From positions 2,580-66,579 of the forward strand of contig DATCVR010000339.1 of assembly GCA_036566745.1 (NCBI GenBank): DNA of 64,000 nt, read 5' to 3'. The notes below the pieces were generated by a model. That model had not been told where the DNA came from and made no database searches. It saw only the letters and a list, made by a program, of their open reading frames with translations. This DNA comes from Jiangellaceae bacterium. GTDB taxonomy: Bacteria > Actinomycetota > Actinomycetes > Jiangellales > Jiangellaceae. Shown here piece after piece: positions 1 through 9,129 of the stretch. Positions within the stretch are counted from its first letter, which is position 1. Each line of letters begins with the position of its first letter. Both the position numbers and the translations under genes were made by a program.

Positions 1-231
1 GCGGTCGAGGCCGGCGCCGACACGGTGCTGCTTGACAACTTCGAGGTGGCGGAGGTCCGCGAGGCGGTCGCCGCGATCGCCGGGCGGGCCCGCATCGAGG
101 TGAGCGGTGGGCTGACCCTCGACGAGGCCCGGGCCTACGCCGAGACCGGCGCCGACTACCTCTCCGTCGGTGGCCTCACCCACTCGGTGATCGCCCTCGA
201 TCTCGCCCTCGACGTCCAGAGCGTCGGCTGA
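1..231 (+). CDS. nadC: Nicotinate-nucleotide (quinolinate) pyrophosphorylase, C-terminal part; gene starts upstream of the window
   Basis: The open frame runs from the window edge. The tail ...[29 protein letters not shown]... looks like a QPRTase C-terminus. It stops 1 nt before coaX. Confidence 0.65.
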   Translation, partial: AVEAGADTVLLDNFEVAEVREAVAAIAGRARIEVSGGLTLDEARAYAETGADYLSVGGLTHSVIALDLALDVQSVG

Positions 232-232
232 C

Positions 233-1009
233 ATGCTGCTCGCCATCGACGTCGGCAACACCGAGACGGTCATCGGGCTGCTCGACGGCACCGACGTCGT
301 CCATCACTGGCGCATCGCCACGGTGTCGCGGCGCACGGCCGACGAGATCATGGCCCTGCTCCACGGACTGTTCGCGACTGCGGGGCTCGACGACCACGTC
401 GGCGGTGTGGCGGTCTGCTCGACCGTTCCGGCCGTCCAGCACGAGATGCGTGCGCTCGTCGGGCGCTACTACTCGGGAGTGCCGTCCCTGCTGGTCGAGC
501 CCGGGGTCCGCACCGGCGTTCCGGTCCTCATGGACAACCCCCGCGAGGTCGGCACCGATCGCATCGTCAACGCCCTCGCCGCCCACCACCTGTATGCGGG
601 GCCGTGCATCGTCGTCGACTTCGGCACGGCCACCACGTTCGACGTGGTCTCGGAGCGGGGCGAGTACATCGGCGGGGCCATCGCTCCGGGCATCGGCGTG
701 TCCCTGGACGCACTCGGCGACGCCGGGGCGCAGCTGCGGCGCGTCGAACTGGTGCGACCGCGTTCGGTGATCGCCAAGAACACCGTCGAGGCGCTGCAGT
801 CCGGCGCCCTCTACGGGTTCAGCGGCCAGGTCGACGGCATCGTCACCCGCATGGCGGCCGAGCTGGGCATCCCGCTCGCGCGGCTCACGGTGATCGCCAC
901 CGGCGGGCTGGCCACGCTGGTCCTCGACGAGCTGACCACCGTCCACCGGCACGAGCCGTGGCTCACGCTGATCGGCCTGCGCCTCGCCTACGACCGCAAC
1001 ATCACCTGA
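233..1009 (+). CDS. coaX: Type III pantothenate kinase
   Basis: N-terminal LLAIDVGNTETV (DxGNT phosphate-1 motif), 258 aa, high GC3 in frame. Confidence 0.9.
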   Translation: MLLAIDVGNTETVIGLLDGTDVVHHWRIATVSRRTADEIMALLHGLFATAGLDDHVGGVAVCSTVPAVQHEMRALVGRYYSGVPSLLVEPGVRTGVPVLMDNPREVGTDRIVNALAAHHLYAGPCIVVDFGTATTFDVVSERGEYIGGAIAPGIGVSLDALGDAGAQLRRVELVRPRSVIAKNTVEALQSGALYGFSGQVDGIVTRMAAELGIPLARLTVIATGGLATLVLDELTTVHRHEPWLTLIGLRLAYDRNIT

Positions 1010-1060
1010 CCGGGTGGTTGGAGGAAGGTGGCTGCCAGAGCGGCCGGAATCGTCCAACGA

Positions 1061-1984
1061 TCACCCGGCTGAAGGGCGGTCCTGCAGCAACGCGTTCATG
1101 TCGCCGACCTCGCCGAGGTGGTGCAGCTTGTCGGGGTTGATGAGGTTGCGCAGCGCCTGAACCCGGCCGTCGGCGATGTCGATCGACAGCACCCCGAGCA
1201 GCCGGCCGTCCCGATCGACGATGCGCGCGGCCGGCCCGCCGTTGGCCTCGGTGAGCTCGAGACGGCCCCCGACACGGTCGCCGACGCGCACCAGGCCCAC
1301 GAGGAAGCGGGCCACCTGGGTGCGCCCGGTCATCGGCGTGCGGATGGCCGGCGCCTTTCCGCCGCCGTCGCCCACGAACACGATGTCGTCGGCGAGCAGC
1401 CGCTCGACGGCCGCGACGTCGCCCTCGGCGAGCGCGGCGAGGAAGCCGCGCGTCAGCTCGTCGCGGCGCTCGGGCGACGGTTCGAACCTGGGGCGGTCGG
1501 CGTCGATCCGCTGACGCGACCGCACGAGGATCTGGCGGCAGTTGGCCTCGCTCTTGCCGATGATCGCGGCGATCTCGGGGTAGCCGTAGTCGAAGACCTC
1601 ACGCAGCACGAACACCGCCCGCTCGACCGGCGCCAGCTGCTCCAGGAGCACCAGGAAGGCCGTGGTCACCGTCTCGTCCAGCTCGATGCGATGGGACGGA
1701 TCGGTGTCGACCGATCCGACCACCGGCTCGGGCAGCCACGGCCCGACGTACTCCTCACGCCGCACCCGCGCCGCCCGCAGTGCGTCGATGGCCAGGCGGG
1801 TGGTGACCGTGGTGGCGAACGCCTCGGGCCGCTGCACGACGGTGCCCTCGAGGTCGGTCTTGTGCATGCGCAGGAACGCCTCCTGCACGACGTCCTCGGC
1901 CTCGGCGACGCTGCCCAGCATCCGGTAGGCGATCGAGAACATCAACGGCCGCAGCGAGTCGTGTTCCGCGATGAGGTTCGTCAC
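1061..1984 (-). CDS. ECF sigma factor, ECF41/SigJ-like, with a fused SnoaL-like C-terminal domain
   Basis: Region 2 (MFSIAYRMLGSVAEAEDVVQEAFLRM) and region 4 (YPEIAAIIGKSEANCRQILVRSR) are followed by about 100 extra residues. I trimmed the 420-aa ORF to the GTG at 1984 (VTNLIAEHDS...). Confidence 0.8.
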   Translation of the reverse strand: MTNLIAEHDSLRPLMFSIAYRMLGSVAEAEDVVQEAFLRMHKTDLEGTVVQRPEAFATTVTTRLAIDALRAARVRREEYVGPWLPEPVVGSVDTDPSHRIELDETVTTAFLVLLEQLAPVERAVFVLREVFDYGYPEIAAIIGKSEANCRQILVRSRQRIDADRPRFEPSPERRDELTRGFLAALAEGDVAAVERLLADDIVFVGDGGGKAPAIRTPMTGRTQVARFLVGLVRVGDRVGGRLELTEANGGPAARIVDRDGRLLGVLSIDIADGRVQALRNLINPDKLHHLGEVGDMNALLQDRPSAG

Positions 1985-2004
1985 GCCCTCGATCCAACCA
2001 CCGC

Positions 2005-2031
2005 TGTCACAGATCGGGTCGCGGGGCCGTC
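2005..2031 (+). promoter_or_regulatory. ECF41-type target promoter TGTCACA-N16-CGTC in front of the epimerase gene
   Basis: TGTCACA at 2005-2011, a 16-nt spacer, CGTC at 2028-2031. It lies 38 nt upstream of the ATG at 2069, in the gap between the divergent sigma and epimerase genes. Confidence 0.6.
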
Positions 2032-2068
2032 GGACGGGATGAGACGGGACGAGAGATGGGAGAACACC

Positions 2069-3010
2069 ATGAAGGTCTTCCTGGCCGGAGCCACCGGTGC
2101 GGTGGGTCAGCGGCTGGTGCCGAAGCTGGTGGCAGCGGGCCACGAGGTCGTGGGCACCACACGAGCGGCGTCGAAGCTCGCCGAGCTCGAGGCGAACGGA
2201 GCCGAAGGGGTCGTCGTGGACGGCCTCGACCGCGACGGCGTCGTCGAGGCGGTGCGCAAGGCCCAGCCCGACGTCATCGTCCACCAGCTCACCGCGCTGA
2301 GTGGATCGCCCGACTACAAGCACTTCGACCGCTACTTCGCGGCGACGAACCAGCTGCGCACGGTCGGCACCGACAACCTGATCGCCGGTGCCCGGGCGGC
2401 CGGCGTGCCACGCATCGTGGCGCAGAGCTACACGGGCTGGCCGAACCCGCGGTCCGGCTCATGGGTGAAGACGGAGGACGACCCGCTGGACTCGCACCCC
2501 ACCGCGGTCTCGCGGGAGTCGCTGGCGGCCATCCGCTATGTCGAGTCGGTGGTTCCGGCCCTCGACGGCATCACCGGCGTCGTGCTCCGGTTCGGCTCGT
2601 TCTACGGACCGGGCACCTCGCTGGGCGCCGGGGGCGAAATCGTCGACCTGATCCGGGCCCGCAAGTTCCCGATCGTGGGCGGTGGCACCGGCGTGTGGTC
2701 CTTCCTGCACATCGACGACGCCGCCACGGCAACGATCGCGGCGCTGGACCACGGCACGGCAGGGCTCTACAACGTGGTCGACGACGACCCGGCGCCGGTC
2801 ACCCAGTGGCTGCCCTACCTGGCCGAATGCCTCGGCGCGAAGGCACCGATGAAGGTGCCGGCCTGGCTGGTCCGGCCGCTGCTCGGCGAGCACACGCTGG
2901 CCGCGATGACGTCCATGCGGGGCTCCTCGAACGCCAAGGCCAAGCGTGAACTCGGCTGGATCCCGTCACACGCCAGCTGGCGCGAGGGATTCCGCACGGC
3001 GCTGGGCTGA
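2069..3010 (+). CDS. NAD(P)-dependent epimerase/dehydratase-family oxidoreductase (the 'COE' partner of the ECF41 sigma)
   Basis: MKVFLAGATGAVGQ Rossmann motif. The 630-aa ORF is trimmed to the ATG at 2069, because the upstream part is antisense to the sigma gene. Confidence 0.8.
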   Translation: MKVFLAGATGAVGQRLVPKLVAAGHEVVGTTRAASKLAELEANGAEGVVVDGLDRDGVVEAVRKAQPDVIVHQLTALSGSPDYKHFDRYFAATNQLRTVGTDNLIAGARAAGVPRIVAQSYTGWPNPRSGSWVKTEDDPLDSHPTAVSRESLAAIRYVESVVPALDGITGVVLRFGSFYGPGTSLGAGGEIVDLIRARKFPIVGGGTGVWSFLHIDDAATATIAALDHGTAGLYNVVDDDPAPVTQWLPYLAECLGAKAPMKVPAWLVRPLLGEHTLAAMTSMRGSSNAKAKRELGWIPSHASWREGFRTALG

Positions 3011-3106
3011 GGGCTGCGGGGCTGCGGGGCTGAGGGCGGCGGGGCCGAGGCGGCGGGTGGTTAAGGTCGTCGGGTCAGCTCCGACGGTTCGGCGATCACG
3101 GGACGG

Positions 3107-4078
3107 GTGACGGAGCGGCCTCCGTACGACCGATGGTTCGGCGCGGAGGCCTTCGACGCCACCTACGGCTACGACCTCGACGCCCTGCTCGCCGTCGAGG
3201 CACCGCCCGAGCCGCCGGGCTTCGCGGACTTCTGGTCCGGTCTGTACTCCCGGGCCGCCGCCGTCGATCCCGCGCCCCGGCTGACCAGGATCGACGCGAG
3301 TGGCGACACGCACGTGTTCGAGGTCGCGTACACCTCGCTCGGTGGGGTGCGGCTCGGCGGCTGGGTCAGCCTGCCGGCCCGGGGTGACGCCGAGGACGCC
3401 ATGGTCGTGGGTCACGGATACGGCGGGCGCGACGCGCCGGACCTCGACCTCGTGCCCGATCGCACCGCGGCGATCTTCCCGGTCGCTCGCGGGTTGCCCA
3501 CGGCCGGCCTGGCCGACGGCATCCCCGCGGCGTCCGGCGAGCACGTGTTGCACGGGATCGAGGCGGTCGAGTCCTATGTCCACGGCGGGTGCGCTGCGGA
3601 CCTCTGGATCGCGGCGTCGGCCCTGCTACGGGTCGTGGGCGAGGCTCCGGCGCGGCTCGACTACGTGGGGGCGAGCTTCGGCGGCGGCATCGGTGCCCTG
3701 GCGCTGCCGTGGGATCCCCGGTTCACCGCCGCCGTGCTGCGGGTGCCGAGCTTCGGCCAGCACGACCTCAGGCTCACGATGCCGTGCACGGGCAGTGGCG
3801 AGGCGGTGCGCGGGTACGTCGCCGAGCATCCCGAGGCCCGCGACGTCCTGCGCCACTTCGACGCGGCCACGGCAGCCGGCCGGCTGCGGATCCCGACGAT
3901 GGTCGCGCCCGCGACCTGGGATGCCGCGGTGCCACCGCCTGGCCAGTTCGCCGTGTACAACGCGCTGGCCGGACCGAAGGAGCTGTTCGTGTTCAGCGCG
4001 GGGCACGCCGACTACCCCGGCGAGCCGGACGAGTACACGCGGTTCGTCAGGGCGGCGACGGCGTTTCTGCGCTCGTGA
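3107..4078 (+). CDS. Acetylxylan esterase / cephalosporin-C deacetylase-like (CE7, AXE1) alpha/beta hydrolase
   Basis: AXE1-like N-terminus (FWSGLY...), HGYGG, and the nucleophile elbow GASFGG. Confidence 0.65.
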   Translation: MTERPPYDRWFGAEAFDATYGYDLDALLAVEAPPEPPGFADFWSGLYSRAAAVDPAPRLTRIDASGDTHVFEVAYTSLGGVRLGGWVSLPARGDAEDAMVVGHGYGGRDAPDLDLVPDRTAAIFPVARGLPTAGLADGIPAASGEHVLHGIEAVESYVHGGCAADLWIAASALLRVVGEAPARLDYVGASFGGGIGALALPWDPRFTAAVLRVPSFGQHDLRLTMPCTGSGEAVRGYVAEHPEARDVLRHFDAATAAGRLRIPTMVAPATWDAAVPPPGQFAVYNALAGPKELFVFSAGHADYPGEPDEYTRFVRAATAFLRS

Positions 4079-4433
4079 CCGGGCTGGTGCCCTTGCGCTG
4101 GGACGGCACCGTCAGCGGGCTGGGCTCCATGAAATGCCACCCGGCGGCTTCGACGGCTCGGTGTGCGGGTCCGCTCATGGCGGCGAACGACACCTGGAAA
4201 CCGGCCTGGGCGCCGCGGCCGGACAGCTCGCGGAGGAACGCCAGCGCGGCGTCGCCCAACGCGGTGACCCGGTGCATGTCGACCACGACGTGATCGAGCC
4301 CATTGAGCGCCTCGAGACGGGCCACCTCGTCGACGGCCTCGTGCAGCGTGCTGGTCAGTTCGGCTCCCACATCGCCGGAGAGGAACACGACGATCTCGCG
4401 GGCACCTCGGTCGACGACCTCGACATCGCCCAT
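4047..4433 (-). CDS. STAS-domain protein (anti-sigma-factor antagonist family)
   Basis: VVFLSGDVGAELTSTLHEAVDEV...VVVDMHRVTALGDAALAFL is a typical SpoIIAA/STAS pattern. Start set at MGDVEVV. Its 3' end overlaps the convergent esterase by 32 nt. Confidence 0.6.
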   Translation of the reverse strand: MGDVEVVDRGAREIVVFLSGDVGAELTSTLHEAVDEVARLEALNGLDHVVVDMHRVTALGDAALAFLRELSGRGAQAGFQVSFAAMSGPAHRAVEAAGWHFMEPSPLTVPSQRKGTSPVTSAETPSPP

Positions 4434-4509
4434 CGACCTCACCTCCCTCTCCCAGCAGCGTGGCACCTTCGCGACGATCGGGCAACGCCGCGTCATACCC
4501 TTGTGCCTC

Positions 4510-6006
4510 ATGGGTGAGCAGTCCACGGCGCATGACGACGACCTTCCGGAACAGATCCGGGTGCGTCGTGAGAAGCGCGCCGAGCTGCTCGCCAGCGGTG
4601 TCGAGCCCTACGTGCTCGGCTTCGACCGCACCCACACCATCGCCGAGCTCCGAGCGGCCTACCCCGACCTCGAACCCGGCACCGAGACCGGCGACCGGGT
4701 GGCCGTCGCCGGTCGGGTGATCTTCCTCCGCGACACCGGCAAGCTGTGTTTCGCGCGGCTGCGCGCCGGCGAGGGCACCGAGCTGCAGGCGATGCTGTCC
4801 CTCGACCGCATCGGCGAGGAGCGGCTGGCCGAGTGGAAGCACCTCGTCGACATCGGCGACCACGTCGGGATCGAGGGCGAGGTCATCGCGAGCAAGCGCG
4901 GCGAGCTCTCGGTGATGGCTGATCGCTGGACGATGGTCTCCAAGGCACTTCGGCCGCTGCCGGTGGCCCACAGGCCGCTCAACGAGGAGACCCGCGTCCG
5001 GCAGCGGTACGCCGATCTCATCGTCAACGAGCACGCCCGCGAGATGGTGCGCACGTGTGCCGCCGTGATGCGCTCGTTGCGCGAGACATTGCACCGCTAC
5101 GGGTTCGTCGAGGTCGAGACCCCGGTCCTGCAGTCCATCCAGGGCGGCGCGGCGGCCCGACCCTTCGAGACCCATCTCAACGTCTTCGACATCCCGATGA
5201 CGCTTCGGATCGCCCTCGAGCTGTATCTCAAGCGAGCGGTGGTGGGCGGTATCGATCGGGTCTACGAGATCGGGCGGATCTTCCGTAACGAAGGCGTTGA
5301 TTCCACCCACAGCCCCGAATTCACGATGCTGGAGGCATACGAGGCTTACGGTGATTACGACACCATGGCGACGCTGACCCGAGATCTTGTTCTCGACGCC
5401 GCCCGAGCCGTCGGCCGAACCGCTGTTCCGGACGGTCACGGCGGCCAGATCGATCTCGAACAGCCGTGGTCGCGAGTGACGATTCACGAAGCCGTCTCCA
5501 ATGCCGTGGGCGACGAGATCACGATCGATACGTCCGAGGCTCGGCTGCGCGAACTGGCCGACAAGCACGATGTCGCGCTCCGGCCTTCCTGGGGCCATGG
5601 CGAAATCGTCCTCGAGCTGTTCGAGAAGCTCGTCGAGCACACCCTGATGAGCCCGACATTCGTATGCGACTATCCCGAATCGGTACGTCCGCTCGCCCGG
5701 CCCCACCGCGACGATTCCCGGCTCGTCGAGGCGTGGGATCTGATCATCGGGGGAGTCGAGCTCGCTCCGGCCTATTCGGAGCTGGTCGACCCGGTGATTC
5801 AGCGTGAGCGACTCATGGCCCAATCACTCCTCGCCGCGGCCGGCGATCCCGAGGCGATGCGGTTGGACGAGGACTTTCTGCGAGCCCTCGAATACGGAAT
5901 GCCACCCACCGGCGGGGTGGGTGTGGGTGTCGACCGGCTCGTGATGCTCCTGACCGGCACCGGAATTCGCGAAACGATCTTGTTCCCGCTTGTGAAGCCC
6001 GAATGA
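4510..6006 (+). CDS. lysS: Lysine--tRNA ligase, class II
   Basis: IFRNEGVDSTHSPEFTMLEAYEAY (motif 2 region) and GGVGVGVDRLVMLLTG (motif 3). ORF trimmed to MGEQST at 4510. Confidence 0.92.
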   Translation: MGEQSTAHDDDLPEQIRVRREKRAELLASGVEPYVLGFDRTHTIAELRAAYPDLEPGTETGDRVAVAGRVIFLRDTGKLCFARLRAGEGTELQAMLSLDRIGEERLAEWKHLVDIGDHVGIEGEVIASKRGELSVMADRWTMVSKALRPLPVAHRPLNEETRVRQRYADLIVNEHAREMVRTCAAVMRSLRETLHRYGFVEVETPVLQSIQGGAAARPFETHLNVFDIPMTLRIALELYLKRAVVGGIDRVYEIGRIFRNEGVDSTHSPEFTMLEAYEAYGDYDTMATLTRDLVLDAARAVGRTAVPDGHGGQIDLEQPWSRVTIHEAVSNAVGDEITIDTSEARLRELADKHDVALRPSWGHGEIVLELFEKLVEHTLMSPTFVCDYPESVRPLARPHRDDSRLVEAWDLIIGGVELAPAYSELVDPVIQRERLMAQSLLAAAGDPEAMRLDEDFLRALEYGMPPTGGVGVGVDRLVMLLTGTGIRETILFPLVKPE

Positions 6007-6575
6007 GCTCGGACGCCACCCGCGCGGGCGAGGCCGCCGACCAGATCGCTCAGCCGGCTCTCCCGACCCGCTTCGGCGTGCGTAGAGCGCGCACCGGTGA
6101 CGTGCGCACCATTCGATCGCTGGTCGATGGATATGCGGCCCAGCGCATTCTGCTCTCGAAGGAGACGGTCACCTTCTACGAGGACGTACAGGAGTTCTGG
6201 GTCGCCGAGGCCACCGACACTCGTGAAGTGATCGGATGTGGCGCACTTCACGTCATGTGGGAAGATCTGGCCGAGGTCCGCACACTGGCCACCGCACCCG
6301 AATGGCGCGGCCACGGAGTCGGACATGCCGTACTCACGCAGTTGCTCGACGTGGCGTCCGATCTCGGGGTGTCTCGCGTGTTCTGTCTCACGTTCGAGGT
6401 CGACTTCTTTGCCCGCCACGGATTTGACGTGGTCGAAGGAACGCCCGTCGATCAGGATGTCTACACGCAGCTGCTGCGCTCCGGCGACGAGGGTGTGGCC
6501 GAGTTTCTCGACCTCGATCGGGTCAAGCCGAACACTCTCGGCAACTCCCGGATGCTCCGTCGTATTGCCCGCTGA
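6003..6575 (+). CDS. GNAT-family N-acetyltransferase (amino-acid N-acetyltransferase-like)
   Basis: RGHGVGHAVL acetyl-CoA motif. The ATGA overlap with the lysS stop suggests translational coupling. Confidence 0.7.
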   Translation: MSSDATRAGEAADQIAQPALPTRFGVRRARTGDVRTIRSLVDGYAAQRILLSKETVTFYEDVQEFWVAEATDTREVIGCGALHVMWEDLAEVRTLATAPEWRGHGVGHAVLTQLLDVASDLGVSRVFCLTFEVDFFARHGFDVVEGTPVDQDVYTQLLRSGDEGVAEFLDLDRVKPNTLGNSRMLRRIAR

Positions 6576-6689
6576 CTGTTGATCATGAAATCCGGTCAAG
6601 CGTTTCGAATTGAAATTCCCGGGTATATGGCGTATCTATAGTGGCGTCACGGCAATCTCTGCGTTAAACATACTCAGGAAGGACCACCG

Positions 6690-7022
6690 ATGGCCCAGAA
6701 GGTTCAGGTCATTCTCCTCGACGATCTCGACGGTGGTTCCGCCGACGAGACGGTGAGCTTCTCGCTGGACGGTGTCGCCTACGAGATCGACGTCTCCAAG
6801 GCCAACGCCGCGAAGCTTCGCGATGCGTTCGCTCCCTTTGTCGCCTCGGCTCGCCGAGCCGGCGGACGACGTGGGCGCCGCGGCCCGGCGGGCGGCGCTC
6901 GCAGCGGCCGCACCGACACCTCTGCTGTGCGCGACTGGGCGCGCGGCCAGGGGCTCAAGGTGTCCGATCGCGGTCGGATCCCCTCCGACATCCTCGAGAA
7001 GTACGAAGCCGCAAACGGCTGA
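6690..7022 (+). CDS. lsr2: Nucleoid-associated protein Lsr2
   Basis: MAQKVQVILLDDLDGG...VSFSLDGVAYEIDVS dimerisation domain, an RG-rich linker, and the C-terminal RDWARGQGLKVSDRGRIP DNA-binding motif. SD AGGAAGGA lies 7 nt upstream. Confidence 0.9.
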   Translation: MAQKVQVILLDDLDGGSADETVSFSLDGVAYEIDVSKANAAKLRDAFAPFVASARRAGGRRGRRGPAGGARSGRTDTSAVRDWARGQGLKVSDRGRIPSDILEKYEAANG

Positions 7023-7071
7023 GCCGGTCCCGCCGCGTCACCGGGGAGGCGCGGCGGGCCGTCGTCCCAGC

Positions 7072-7116
7072 AGGGGCGTCCACCACGATCGGTATCCGGT
7101 CGAGGTGGGCGCCCCT
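7072..7116 (+). terminator. Hairpin downstream of lsr2 (probable intrinsic terminator), preceded by a second hairpin at 7029-7058
   Basis: AGGGGCGTCCACC (7072-7084) pairs with GGTGGGCGCCCCT (7104-7116): 13 bp with one G-U pair, followed by GTTGTCTG. Upstream, CCCGCCGCG (7029-7037) pairs with CGCGGCGGG (7050-7058). Confidence 0.45.
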
Positions 7117-7255
7117 GTTGTCTGCCGGCCGGGTTGGCGTCGGGCGGCGTGCGCGTCGATGACATGCGGCCTCGATAGACTGCCGCGCTGACGGCGTTCG
7201 AGGGACGCCGCGGGTGCGGATCCCGCACCGCACGGCACTGGGATGAGAGCGGTCG

Positions 7256-8143
7256 ATGCTGGGACGTAGCGAACTCGAGTCCGGGGCGCAGGCACGGTCG
7301 GCGGCCCGGATCGCCGGCTGGATCGACGAGGACGACGCCACCTTCGGCGCCCTGCTCGATCTCGGCCCCACCACGGCCACCCTGTCCACCGTCGCCCACA
7401 TGCCGGGTCTGGCGGCCGTGGTCCACCTCGGTCACCCCGCACAGCCGTCGCACGAGCTCGAGCGAGCGTTGCTGGCCGCGCCGCCGGCGCTGATGATCAC
7501 GTCGGCCGTGGCCATCCCCGCCGAATGGGTGTGGGTCGGCCGCACCGCCGAGGCCGCGGCCGGGGTCGTGGTCGACGACGCCGCGATGCGCGACTGCCAG
7601 CACACGCTGCGGATGATGGGCCTCAACCCCCAGCTGGTCTCGACCAGGACGCCCATCGACACCCGCATCGAGCTGGCCGGTGCCGGCGGCACCCTCGTGG
7701 TCGAGCGGACGAACGTCCCGCCCGGGTTCGTCGAGCTGCCCGGCAGCGCCCAGCTCGCCGAGGGTGCGGCCATCTGGTACGGCCTGGTCGAGGCGCGCGA
7801 CCACCTGCCCGACACCCTCGTGTCGTCGCAGGTGTGGCTCGCCTTCGGCCCCCACGACGACCACCGCGGCTCGCTCCAGCAGACCCTCGCCGTGATCGCC
7901 GACGCCGGCATCGACCTCCAACACCTGCGCAGCCACGAGTCGAAGGCCGGTCCCCACGTCTTCTTCTCGGCCTTCACGTGCGACGACCGCTCCGCCCTCG
8001 AGCAGCTCGTCCGCGAGTTCGACGACCGCGAGGTCGCCCACCGGGTGCTCGCGGTGGTCCCCGGCCAGGGTTTCGCGCCCTGTCCCGACGGCATCGTCCC
8101 GATGTGGTCCACCCGCGAGGTCGCGGAGACCGCCGGCGCGTGA
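7256..8143 (+). CDS. Divergent prephenate-dehydratase-like protein (PDT-like N-terminal part plus ACT-like C-terminal domain), possibly non-catalytic
   Basis: Strong GC3 bias in frame. VVHLGHPAQPSHE resembles the PheA N-terminus IGYLGPEGTFTHQ. The C-terminus VWLAFGPHDDHRGSLQQTLAVIADAGIDLQHLRSHES..GPHVFFSAF fits the ACT pattern. I found no TRF motif. The stop overlaps the pheA GTG (GTGA). Confidence 0.5.
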   Translation: MLGRSELESGAQARSAARIAGWIDEDDATFGALLDLGPTTATLSTVAHMPGLAAVVHLGHPAQPSHELERALLAAPPALMITSAVAIPAEWVWVGRTAEAAAGVVVDDAAMRDCQHTLRMMGLNPQLVSTRTPIDTRIELAGAGGTLVVERTNVPPGFVELPGSAQLAEGAAIWYGLVEARDHLPDTLVSSQVWLAFGPHDDHRGSLQQTLAVIADAGIDLQHLRSHESKAGPHVFFSAFTCDDRSALEQLVREFDDREVAHRVLAVVPGQGFAPCPDGIVPMWSTREVAETAGA

Positions 8144-9129
8144 GCCGCATCGGTTACCTCGGACCCGAGGGCACGTTCACCCATCAGGCCGCCCTGGCGT
8201 GCGCCGGCGCGGGTGGTCCGGACGTCCTTCGCGGTGCCGAGCTCGTGCCGTTGGGCACCGTCGCCGACATCTGCGCCCAGGTGGCCTCCGGTGAGGTCGA
8301 GGCCGGAGTCGTGGCCATCGAGAACACCGTCGAGGGGTACGTCGTGCCGTCCCTCGAGGCGATCATGGGCGCGACGAACGTCATCGCGGTCGACGAGGTC
8401 GTGCTCGGCATCAGCTTCGATGCCTTCGCCCGTCCCGACGCCACGGGCGAGTTCACCGAGGTGGCGGCACATCCGCACGGCCTGGCCCAGTGCAGCGGCT
8501 TCGTCGCGCAGTCCGGCCTGGCCCCGATCTCGGCGACCTCCAACGCGGCGGCCTGCCGCGATATCACCGTTGGTCAGCTGGCGCTCGGCCCGGCGATCTG
8601 TGGCGAGCTGTACGGCCTGCGGACCCATGCCCGCGCCGTTGAGGACTTCCACGGCGCCCGTACCCGATTCCTCCTGCTCACCCAGCGCACCCCGGCCCGC
8701 GACACTGCCGCGGGTCCGTCGGCCGCCGCCGCGCTCGATCCCCGGAACCGTCGCGACGAGCGGCCCTCCGCGGGCTGGCGCACGATGCTGGCCGTCACGC
8801 CGCACCTCACCGGCCCCGGCGTGCTCGCGCGGATCACCCAGGCGTTCGGGGCCGCCGGCGTGAACCTCTCGAGCCTGATCACCCGGCCGCTCAAGGCCCA
8901 GGAGGGCAAGTACGTCTTCGTGCTGACCGTCGACGCCGCGCCCTGGGAGCCCTCGGCGCGCGCGGTGTTCGAGGCCCTTCTCGCGGCCGGCGACTCGCTC
9001 AAGACACTCGGCGTCTACCCGGGCCGGGGGGACCTCGACGACGAGTTCGACTCCGAGCGGGTCCCGCTGGGCAGCGTCCGCGCCACGTCGAGCTCCGATG
9101 ACCGGGCCGGCGCCCTCCTGTGGGACTGA
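8140..9129 (+). CDS. pheA: Prephenate dehydratase
   Basis: RIGYLGPEGTFTHQAA, the ARTRFLLL (TRF) motif, and the C-terminal ACT domain GVLARITQAFGAAGVNLSSLITRP...YVFVLTVD. GTG start at 8140. Confidence 0.85.
   Translation: MSRIGYLGPEGTFTHQAALACAGAGGPDVLRGAELVPLGTVADICAQVASGEVEAGVVAIENTVEGYVVPSLEAIMGATNVIAVDEVVLGISFDAFARPDATGEFTEVAAHPHGLAQCSGFVAQSGLAPISATSNAAACRDITVGQLALGPAICGELYGLRTHARAVEDFHGARTRFLLLTQRTPARDTAAGPSAAAALDPRNRRDERPSAGWRTMLAVTPHLTGPGVLARITQAFGAAGVNLSSLITRPLKAQEGKYVFVLTVDAAPWEPSARAVFEALLAAGDSLKTLGVYPGRGDLDDEFDSERVPLGSVRATSSSDDRAGALLWD

Noticed and set aside
6598-6616. GCGTTTCGAATTGAAA upstream of lsr2, which resembles the rha operator core (CGTTTC / TGAAA).
   Set aside because: It lacks the TGAAWCG-N-TCA dyad arrangement and lies in a generally AT-rich promoter with no link to rhamnose genes. 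It is probably a chance resemblance.
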